From Spirochaetia bacterium (lineage in GTDB: Bacteria; Spirochaetota; Spirochaetia; SZUA-6; Bin103), in the NCBI GenBank assembly GCA_965198005.1, contig CBDAOI010000002.1:704001-768000 (forward strand): DNA of 64,000 nucleotides, read 5' to 3'. The notes under the pieces were generated by a model. That model saw only the letters and a program-made list of their open reading frames with translations, did no database searches and was not told the origin of the DNA. The position numbers and the translations under genes were made by a program. Positions 25,255 through 33,793 of this stretch are shown in pieces; the first letter of the stretch is position 1; every line of letters begins with the position of its first letter.

Positions 25255-25705
25255 TCGCGGCGCCGGTGCTGACCGCGGCACCATTGATGCGTGTGGCGCA
25301 CAGCCGCCACGCATCTGTGCGTCCAACGGCTGACCGCGTCGGCCGCAAACTTCACCGGTCCACACCAGCCGGCGTTGCCGGCTCCTCTATACAGACAACC
25401 GACGCATCTGTGCCCGACCAGAGTTGTCGACGACAGATGCGCGCTAGCCGCGGCACCGGCTGGTCCGATGGCCGAGCCACCGTCCTGTCAAGGCACCCAA
25501 TAGCTCAAGAAAGGGGGTGCAAAATGACACTCAAAGAGCCGTAGGCGCGCGCGGGGTGAGCCCGGGTGAACCCGGTGAGTCACACGCCGCGCGCTTTCCG
25601 TGTATTTGACTCAAACTGGCCGTCCGCGTTGCGGGCCCGAGAGTAGCCAGGGAGCGGCAAGTCGCTCCGCAATACTCTCAAAAAGACAAATCTATGGAGA
25701 ATACC
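25255..25705 (+). ncRNA. SBP leader, family 2, copy E (candidate cis-regulatory RNA)
   Basis: Colinear homology with 33345-33793; hairpins with compensatory changes; contains a uORF. Confidence 0.7.
25524..25544 (+). CDS. Leader peptide MTLKEP
   Basis: AAGGGGGTG SD; homologous to MILKEP at 33613 (GAG/GAA synonymous). Confidence 0.6.
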   Translation: MTLKEP

Positions 25706-27499
25706 ATGAACTATATGGCAAGCATTACGAGGATCTTCGCGGTTGCGTTGGTCCTCGTCCTGACCGCAACCGGCGTCTGGGCCGCCGGCGCAGAAGAGGC
25801 ACCGGCAGCCGCTGCCGACAAGAAGTATGTGACCGACCCCTCCACCGGCAAGGTGGTGAGCGCGCCGGAGTATGGCGGGACATTCGCCCATGCCGTAAGG
25901 AACGAGCCTTCGAGTATTGCCGACACCTGGTTCCAGCCCGCGGCGGCGGTTGTCGTCGCTGCTGTTGCAGAGAGGCTGGGCGTTCCGGACTGGGCAGTAG
26001 ACAGGGACGAATATGCCCACACATCAGAGATCACGCTGGCAACTCCCCTAAGAGGGGAGCTGGCTGAAAGCTGGGAGATTTCCCCGGACGGCCTCACCTA
26101 CACCTTCCATATCCGCAAGGGGGTTCGCTGGCATAACAAGCCACCGATGAACGGTCGGGAGCTGACTGCCGATGATATCGTGTATAACTTTCATCGGGTG
26201 ATGGGTATGGGCAGCGGCTTCACCGAACCTTCCCCCACTGGCTTTACCAGGAATCTGCCATTCGAATCGATAGCGGCCACCGACAACTCGACGGTTGTTA
26301 TGAAGCTCGAGGAGCCAAGCCTCGACGCGCTGAACTTTATCACCACCGATTTTACCGGCAGCATATTACCCCCCGAGGTAATCGAGCAATTCGGCGACGT
26401 CAAGGATTGGAGGAACCTGGTCGGCACTGGACCCTATATGCTGACTGACTGGGTCGAGGGCAGCTCGATAACCTATGAAAAGAATCCTGACTACTGGGGC
26501 TTCGACGAAAAATACCCGGAAAACCGATTGCCCTATACTGACATGATAAGGACCCTGGTCATGCCTGAAGAGTCGACATTTGTGGCGGCGTTACGCACGC
26601 GTCGGCTTGATTTCACGGGTGTCCTCAGCGGATCTTCAATAACGTCACTCGACAAGGCAGAGAGCCTCCGGCGCACCAACCCTGAAATCGTGCAGTGGCC
26701 CCATCTCAATCGGTCGGACAATTCTCATGTGTTTGATGTGGCCCAGCCGCCTTTTGACGACCTGAGGGTGCGCACGGCGATGCAGATGGCACTGGACCTG
26801 GATACAATCAACAATACGTACTTCAAGGGTTTAGCAGTCTCGACACCTTACGGATTGTTAAGGGTCCCTGGGTATCACATCCCATTTGCAGAGTGGCCCG
26901 AAGAGGTCAAGAAGGGCTACATGTATGACCCGGAAGGTGCCGAGAAGCTCCTTGATGAGGCTGGATACCCGCGCGGTTCGGACGGAATCAGGTTTAAAAC
27001 GACCGTCAATCACTACGTATCGTTCGACCTCAACTATCAACAAATAACCGCTGAGTACTGGCGTGAAATCGGCGTTGATGTAGAGTTTGACGTAGCGGAC
27101 GGTCCTACGCTTGCCGCTCGTAGAAAGGACCATACTTTTGAAGGTATGATCACTTTGATTGCGGCTCTCACCTGGTCGCCGACCGCAGCGCTACGCTTCT
27201 GGTACTCGGAAGGAGGATGGACCGAAGACAACATCAATGACCCGGATTATGACGCCATGTACGACGCCGCCGCAGCCGCTGCCACCCCCGAGGAGCTGCA
27301 GAAGCTGGCTATAGAGCTGGATATGTACGAGATCGAGAGGCACTGGCATTTATGGGGTCCTATGGTCCCTCAGTTTATCGCGCACCAGCCGTGGGTCATG
27401 GGTTATAACGGTGAAGTCGATCTGGGGAGGATCAGTCAGCGCGTGATCTACGCCCGCCTCTGGATTGATAGTGAGCTGAAGGAAGAGATGGGTCATTAG
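25706..27499 (+). CDS. ABC transporter substrate-binding protein, family 5 (copy E)
   Basis: Signal peptide, PEYGGT, LAESWE, GTGPY, PFDDLRVR; SD GGAG before ATG 25706 (25694 is an alternative start). Confidence 0.93.
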   Translation: MNYMASITRIFAVALVLVLTATGVWAAGAEEAPAAAADKKYVTDPSTGKVVSAPEYGGTFAHAVRNEPSSIADTWFQPAAAVVVAAVAERLGVPDWAVDRDEYAHTSEITLATPLRGELAESWEISPDGLTYTFHIRKGVRWHNKPPMNGRELTADDIVYNFHRVMGMGSGFTEPSPTGFTRNLPFESIAATDNSTVVMKLEEPSLDALNFITTDFTGSILPPEVIEQFGDVKDWRNLVGTGPYMLTDWVEGSSITYEKNPDYWGFDEKYPENRLPYTDMIRTLVMPEESTFVAALRTRRLDFTGVLSGSSITSLDKAESLRRTNPEIVQWPHLNRSDNSHVFDVAQPPFDDLRVRTAMQMALDLDTINNTYFKGLAVSTPYGLLRVPGYHIPFAEWPEEVKKGYMYDPEGAEKLLDEAGYPRGSDGIRFKTTVNHYVSFDLNYQQITAEYWREIGVDVEFDVADGPTLAARRKDHTFEGMITLIAALTWSPTAALRFWYSEGGWTEDNINDPDYDAMYDAAAAAATPEELQKLAIELDMYEIERHWHLWGPMVPQFIAHQPWVMGYNGEVDLGRISQRVIYARLWIDSELKEEMGH

Positions 27500-27504
27500 T
27501 AGCT

Positions 27505-27532
27505 GAGCCGGGAGGCTCAAGCCTCCCGGCTC
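27505..27532. repeat. Stem-loop between SBP and permease
   Basis: GAGCCGGGAGGCT / AGCCTCCCGGCTC inverted repeat. Confidence 0.75.
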
Positions 27533-27555
27533 CCATCACCAAAACGAGGGATTTC

Positions 27556-28512
27556 CTGAGAGCCTATATCATCAGGCGAATATTGCTGATGATCCCCACC
27601 CTGTTCCTATTGACCATCGTGGTCTTTCTCTCGGTGCGCTTCATCCCCGGCGATGTCATCGACGTCATGGTGGGCCGCATGGACCAGTCCGCTACAAATA
27701 TAGACCGGGAAGCGCTCGAGCATCTGCTCGGATTGGACGTGCCGGTCTGGGTGCAATATGGAAGGTGGTTGGGAGGTGTTTTCCTGCACGGCAGCCTTGG
27801 TGAATCACTGATGGGCCGTGGGGCGGTAGAGGAGCGGATAGTCGCAAGGCTGCCGGTCACCCTCGAGCTGGGTGTCCTCGCAATCCTCATCGGCCTGGTG
27901 ATCGCGATGCCCGTTGGCATTTACTCCGCCGTTCGCCAGGATACCGCCGCCGACTTCCTGGGGCGGTCGGTCGCCATCATCGGCCTGGCCACGCCGAACT
28001 TCTGGCTGGCACTTATGGTCATCATCTACCCGGCCATCTGGTTCGGCTGGGCGCCACCGACGGAGCTGGTTTCCTTCACCGAAGACCCGCTGGGGAATCT
28101 GGCGGTGTTCATTATTCCCAGCCTGATTCTGGGGACCGCCTCGGCGGCCGCCACCATGCGGATGACGCGCACCATGATGCTCGAGGTGCTGAGGCAGGAC
28201 TATATCCGCACCGCCTGGTCCAAGGGGCTCAAGGAACGGGCCGTGGTGATCCGACACGCCGTCAAGAATGCCCTCATCCCGGTGGTGTCCCTGATCGGCC
28301 TGCAGTTGCCGATCCTGGTGGGTGGCGCCGTGATCATGGAGAACATCTTCAACCTGCCGGGGCTCGGGCGTCTCATGCTGATCGCCCTCAACGAGAGAGA
28401 CTACCCGATGGTCTCCGGAATAAACCTGTTTTTCGCCACGGCGGTTGCGGTATTCAATCTCATTACTGACCTGATCTATGCTTTCTTGGACCCCAGGGTC
28501 CGGTATGAATAA
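27556..28512 (+). CDS. OppB/DppB-like permease (homologous start codon is CTG)
   Basis: CTG-RAYIIRRILLMIPTL aligns with MRAHIIRRLL of paralogs; EAA motif QDYIRTAWSKGL. Confidence 0.9.
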   Translation: MRAYIIRRILLMIPTLFLLTIVVFLSVRFIPGDVIDVMVGRMDQSATNIDREALEHLLGLDVPVWVQYGRWLGGVFLHGSLGESLMGRGAVEERIVARLPVTLELGVLAILIGLVIAMPVGIYSAVRQDTAADFLGRSVAIIGLATPNFWLALMVIIYPAIWFGWAPPTELVSFTEDPLGNLAVFIIPSLILGTASAAATMRMTRTMMLEVLRQDYIRTAWSKGLKERAVVIRHAVKNALIPVVSLIGLQLPILVGGAVIMENIFNLPGLGRLMLIALNERDYPMVSGINLFFATAVAVFNLITDLIYAFLDPRVRYE

Positions 28513-28527
28513 AGGAAAATAACGAGT

Positions 28528-29505
28528 ATGAGTGACGCCGTAGGGATACCGTCAGCAGTAAGTGAGCCAAAAAGACGTAGCGGGCTGGCTGACTTCTTCA
28601 CCAGGATGGTCAAGGAGAAGCCAACGGGTACTGTCGGCGGGATTATCATATTGCTCTTGTTTTTTGTCGGGATCTTTGCCGATGTTCTGGCCCCTTATCC
28701 ATTTTCTGAAATACACCTGGCGGACAGGCTGCAGGGCTCATCAGCCCGGTATCTGCTCGGTACCGACCAGCTAGGGCGAGACCTCTTGACCCGCCTTATC
28801 TTCGGGGCTCGTATTTCGTTAACAGTGGGTCTGGCAGCGACCACTGTCAATGTCCTGGTGGCTGTCCTGATAGGTGGCATTTCGGGATTCTTTGGCGGAA
28901 AATTGGACCTAGCTGTGCAGAGATTTGTAGACGCCTGGATGTCTTTCCCGGGATTGCTCCTGTTGTTAACCATAATGTCCCTGGTGGGGCAGGGTCTGCC
29001 GCAGATAATAGTGGTACTGGGGATAACCGGAGGAATCGGCGGCTCAAGAGTAGTCCGAGGCGCTGTTATTGGTGTAAAAGAGAATGTGTATTTTCAGACG
29101 GCGGAGGTGATTGGCTGTACAAAACGGAGAACACTTATCAGACATGTCCTGCCCAATATCATGCCTGTCGTAATCATCCTATTCAGCATCAACATCGGGG
29201 GGGTGATTATCAGTGAGGCGTCCTTAAGCTTCCTCGGATTCGGACTACCAGCGGACGTTCCTAGCTGGGGAGGCATGCTTAGCCGGGAAGGGCGCGAGTT
29301 CATGGAGATGGCGCCACGGTTGGCTCTCTGGCCTGGCCTGGCCCTGACTATTACCGTTTACAGTCTGAACATGTTCGGTGACGCTATGAGGGACCTGCTG
29401 GATCCGAGGTTGCGTGGCGCAAGCGGAGTCAGGGGTGGTGTGGGTCGGCTCGGTGCTGATCCGTCAAAGAGAGCCATCAAGAAACAAGTAGCCGACGCAC
29501 GCTAG
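28528..29505 (+). CDS. OppC/DppC-like permease
   Basis: LLGTDQLGRD, RHVLPN, EASLSFLGFG, PSWG, GDAMRDLLDPR. Confidence 0.93.
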   Translation: MSDAVGIPSAVSEPKRRSGLADFFTRMVKEKPTGTVGGIIILLLFFVGIFADVLAPYPFSEIHLADRLQGSSARYLLGTDQLGRDLLTRLIFGARISLTVGLAATTVNVLVAVLIGGISGFFGGKLDLAVQRFVDAWMSFPGLLLLLTIMSLVGQGLPQIIVVLGITGGIGGSRVVRGAVIGVKENVYFQTAEVIGCTKRRTLIRHVLPNIMPVVIILFSINIGGVIISEASLSFLGFGLPADVPSWGGMLSREGREFMEMAPRLALWPGLALTITVYSLNMFGDAMRDLLDPRLRGASGVRGGVGRLGADPSKRAIKKQVADAR

Positions 29506-29604
29506 GGCAGGAGACCACGCGCTGGCAATCTTCAGCTTCGCCACCGCCCCGCCGACCCGTGGGTGCGCGCAAACGAGGTTCGCGCGGCGGACCGGGAGCC
29601 CGCT

Positions 29605-29935
29605 AGCTCCTAAGAAACAACAGTTTCTTACATGACCACGCCGGGCCCCGCCCGGTGGGAAGCTCCTAAGAAACAACAGTCAGGCACGACAGTCAGGCAG
29701 CCTCCGGGACAAGCACATAACCGAGGGCCCGAGCTTGGTTGCGGACGCGGCGTTCGAGGCGTCGCAGGTCTTGGCGTTCCTGGGCGGCGAGGATGCTGTC
29801 GTCGTACGCAACGCGATGGGTAACGAGATGGTAGATGATGCGCGCCAGTTTGTGGGCAGTCGCCGTGATCGCCTCGGGAGTACCCAGGCGCGCGCGCATC
29901 CGGCGGAAGTACTGGCCGAGGGACGAGGGGCTGCG
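29605..29935 (-). mobile_element. IS110-family transposase 3' remnant with duplicated right-end sequence
   Basis: YFRRMRARLGTPEAITATAHKLARIIY...; AGCTCCTAAGAAACAACAGT present at 29605 and 29661. Confidence 0.8.
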
Positions 29936-30200
29936 GTACAAGTGGGAAAACGCGGCACCGTGGTAATTCCTGCGAAGCTGCGCCGCGAATACGGGATCGA
30001 GGAAGGGGCGTTCGTGATCACCGAGCCGCGCGAAGGTGGCGTGCTGATCCGTCCCGCGGTAGCCCTGCCGGTCGAGAACTACTCCGACGAGCGCAAGGCG
30101 GAGTTCCTGCTGACGAACGCCGTGGACGAGCAGGACTACGCCTGGGCGCGGGAGCAGGTGCGCAAGCTCGGTCTCGATCCGGACCACGTGGAAACCGGCA
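29935..30200 (+). pseudogene. AbrB/MazE/SpoVT-type antitoxin wedged between IS remnants
   Basis: QVGKRGTVVIPAKLRREYGIEEG...VLIRP; start and end replaced by IS sequence; no cognate toxin adjacent. Confidence 0.7.
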
Positions 30201-31105
30201 GTGATAGTGACCCCCCCTCGGCGTTTTTAGGGACCCCGGGGTCGGCATTCAAAGGGACCCCAGGTCGGCACTGAAAGGACCCCCCTCCTCGGCATCGAAA
30301 AGGACCCCCCTCATGATGCACGGTTGGTGCGTGCACACAACGAACTACGTGAGGAGGGTCAGAATGGCCAGGAGGACATCGACGATGGAACTACAGGATA
30401 TCGTCCGACGACTGAGAATGGGGCAGTCGATCAAGGCGATCAAGCGTGAGACCGGCAAGCACCGGCGCGTGATCCGCAGGCTGCTGCTGCTCGCCGAGCA
30501 GGAGGGGTGGCTGGATGAGCAGCATGAGGTGCCGTCCGAGCAGCAACTGCAGGAGGTGTACCACGAACAGCGGAGCGGCGAGGAAGGCCGCCGGCATCCG
30601 CTCGACTCGCACCGTGAGCAGATCGAGGGGTGGCGCGAGGAAGGCTACAGCTTCCTGGTGATCCACAAGTTGCTCGAAAAGCGGGGGGTGGAATACTCGG
30701 AGACCACGGTGCGCCGCTACATCCATCGCCACTTTCCGAAGGCGGTGCGACCGGTGATGCGGCGCGAGACGACCGCTGGCGAGGTGATGGAGGTGGACTT
30801 CGGATACCTGGGGCTCACCTGGCACACGACCACGCGCTCGCGGCGGCGCACCTGGGTGTTCTCGGGCCGGCTACGGCACTCCCGCCGCGCCTACCGTGAA
30901 GTGGTCTTCGATCAGAAGCAGCAGACCTTCTTCGCTTGCCACATCCACGCCTTCGAGTGGTTCGGCGGCGTGTCCGAGAAGGCGACCCCGGACAATCTGA
31001 AGGCGGCCATCATCGTCGCTTCCTTCGAGGACCCGGTGGTGAACCGCGCCTATCGCGAGTTGGCGCTGCACTACGGGTTCCTGATTTCGCCCTGTCTGCC
31101 TTACC
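30200..31105 (+). mobile_element. istA: IS21-family left end and truncated istA
   Basis: Five GACCCC-containing repeats at ~23-bp period (30209-30310); ORF from 30364 with GEVMEVDFG and PDNLKAAI, cut after CLPY; no istB. Confidence 0.85.
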
Positions 31106-31248
31106 TCATGAGCCAGCCCAGCGGGCCAGCAATTCTCGGTGAACAAAAATTGAGAGGGTCGGCGTAGGGGGCAATGGCGGGCGGGACGGCACGGGACGGC
31201 ACGTAAGTGGTCGTATAGGTCATGAGTATGTAATAACTCGATCCCAGG

Positions 31249-32601
31249 GTGGTCATGCTGTCTCCTATGGCAAGAGGTCGCCGCAGAGGTCCATTATTAC
31301 TTCGTTTTCGTGCGCTCCTGGTCTCCTTGAACCTGCACGCCGCCAAGGTCGTCGATACCCGCCAAGCCAGCAAGGTCCGGTACTCCCTACAGGATTGCTA
31401 CGTGTGTGGTTTCGCCTTGTTCTACCTCCAAGACCCTTCCGTGCTGGAGTTCCAACGCCGCTTCCAGGACGAACTGCGCACCAACAACCTCAACTCTACG
31501 TTTGGCGTCGCTCAGATCCCTGCCGACTCCCAGTTCCGCGATCTGCTCGACAGCCATGACTATGAACCGCTGCTCGACTGCTTCGGCGACTGGATAGGGC
31601 GCATGCAGGACGCCAAATGGCTGCAGCACTACCAGTTCCTCGACGGTCGCTATCTCATCACCATGGACGGCTCCCAGTACTTCAGCTCGTACCAGGTGAA
31701 CTGTGAGTGCTGTCTGACCGCCACCAACAACGGCACCGTACGCTACCACCACGACATCCTGCAGACCGCCATCGTCCACCCCGACAAGCGGCAGGTGCTG
31801 CCGTTGGCTCCCGGGTTCATTCACAACGCCGATGACTCTGGCGCCAAGAATGCCAAACGCCGCAAGCAGGACTGTGAAATAAAAGCCGGCTACCGTGCCT
31901 TGCAGCGCATCCGTAACGACCATCCCCGGCTGGCTGCGGTGATCGTCGCCGATAGTCTGTACTCCAAGCAACCGTTCATCGAACAGGTGCGCGCCGCCCG
32001 CTTCTCGTTTCTGCTGGTGGCCAAACCGGAGGATCACACCAGCCTGTACCAGGATATCGACGGGCTGCGCCGCGGTCGGCTGCTGGACCACCACTGCACG
32101 ATCGACGCGACCGGGGACCGGCATGAATACGAGTGGGTTACCGGGGTGCCGCTGAACGGCAACCCCCGCAGTCCCAAGATCAACTTCGTGTACTACCGCA
32201 TCGTACGTGCCGGCACGACCACCTATCAAAACGCCTGGGTGACCGACTTGGTGCCCAGCGCTGGCAGCGTAGCGCGGATCGTGCGTGCGGGACGAGCACG
32301 CTGGAAGATCGAGAACGAGGGGTTCAATACGCTGAAGAACCAGGGCTACCACCTGGAGCACAACTTCGGCCACGGTGACAAGTACTTGTCGGAGGCGTTC
32401 TTCGTGCTCAATCTGCTGGCCTATTTCATGCACCAGATATTCGAGCTGGTGGACGGTCTGTATCAGCAGGTGCGGGCTGGGTTCGGGTCGCGCCGGGAGT
32501 TCTGGGGCGCGGTCCGCGCCACGTTTCGGCTATTCCTGTTCCCGTCGTGGGACCAGGTGCTGGTGCGGATGAACTCGCCGCCGCAGCCGCTGCCCGTGTA
32601 G
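31249..32601 (+). mobile_element. DDE transposase (ISNCY-like), apparently intact
   Basis: ITMDGSQYF, KQDCEIKA, VADSLYS, GRARWKIENEGFNTLKNQGY; second copy at the window end. Confidence 0.88.
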
Positions 32602-33344
32602 CGCTGAACGTTATCATCCCTGATTAGTGCCTGCGTCGGACCGGGTACCGCGCATACCGCGTCCGGGTAACCGCGCCGGGAGACTTGGCCGGGGGGCTGG
32701 TGTGCTCCCTGCGCCGCCAGCAGGCGCTTGGTGCACGGCTCCACCCTGGGCTCCGGTGTGGGTCAGCCGGCGCGCCCTGCCAGCTGAGCACACGACGCTG
32801 CCTGTGCCGGGTCGCCCACCGCCACCTCCGACCCCTCGCAGGGCAATCGACTGAACTATTCTTGGGGATGAAGGGACGCGGGCAGTGTTCGGTATTTTAT
32901 GACAGAGTAAGCAGATAGCTCTACGGAAGGGGGCGCGAGGGAAGCAGATGCCGAACGGGTCCCATCCACGTCACCGAATTTAGGTTTGACAACCGCCGGA
33001 ATAAGCCTTCCAATACTCATTGTGCTGTTAGTCTCGGTGAGTGGCTGGCCGCGGAGCGGAGCGAGGCATGAGGCGATCGTGTGGGAGAGTTCCCACCGGC
33101 TGGCGGGGGCACCTGAATGCCCGCTTGACTGTTTGCCGCGCGTGCGGCAGACTGCGTTCTCATGGGCACCGTGATGCGTGACGACACGTCCCAGCGCTCC
33201 CACCGGTTAGCGGTAACGCAGCCGGTGCATCCTGCCACCACCACTACCCGTTCACCGAGAACTGCTGCCCAGCGGGCGGTCGCGGTTGACGGAGCTGGCC
33301 CGGCGGTGGGCTCACCGCTCACCGACCCGCGCGACAGCCGTTCG

Positions 33345-33793
33345 CTCGGTGCCGGTGCTGAGCGCGGCACCACCGATCCGCGTGGCACACACTCGCCACG
33401 CGTCCGCGCATCGAACGGGCGACCCGTTCGCCCGCAAACTCATACCAGTCCACACGTGCATGCGCAGCGACGTTGCCGGAGCGAGAAGGGGCACGCGTGT
33501 GCGCGACCAAACTCGTAGGCCACAGATGCGCGCTAACCCGTGGCAGCGGCTCGGCGATCGCCGGGCCACCATTCTGTCAGAGGAACCTGTAGCTCAAGAG
33601 AGGAGGTGGAAAATGATACTCAAAGAACCGCACGCGCGCGCGGTGTGAGCCCGGCCGAACCCGGTGAGTCACACGCCGCGCGCTTTCAGTGTAATTGACT
33701 CAGGCTGGCTGTCCGCGTTGCGGGCGTCAGAGTAGCCGGGGAGCGACAACTCGCTCCGCAATACTCTGGAGATAACATTTTAAGGAAGACACG
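33345..33793 (+). ncRNA. SBP leader, family 2, copy F (candidate cis-regulatory RNA)
   Basis: Homologous to 25255-25705; CAGAGTA/TACTCTG here versus GAGAGTA/TACTCTC (covarying pair). Confidence 0.7.
33613..33648 (+). CDS. Leader peptide MILKEPHARAV
   Basis: AGGAGGTG SD; the TAG of copy E is CAC here, so the frame extends to a TGA inside the hairpin arm. Confidence 0.6.
   Translation: MILKEPHARAV

Noticed and set aside
25320-25370. Resemblance of CGCAAAC..CCGGTC to a c-di-GMP-I riboswitch; leaders as T-box, cobalamin, TPP or SAM elements
   Set aside because: I could not find the GNRA/receptor architecture or the T-box, B12-box, TPP and SAM consensus motifs by eye. An Rfam scan is still needed.
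25074-25544. 156-aa ORF (and 33162-33518, 33286-33648) as real genes
   Set aside because: The homologous regions do not keep one reading frame; only the terminal SD-led mini-ORF is conserved.
30209-30310. ~23-bp periodic repeats as a CRISPR array or iterons
   Set aside because: No unique spacers and no cas or rep gene; position directly upstream of istA fits IS21 terminal repeats.
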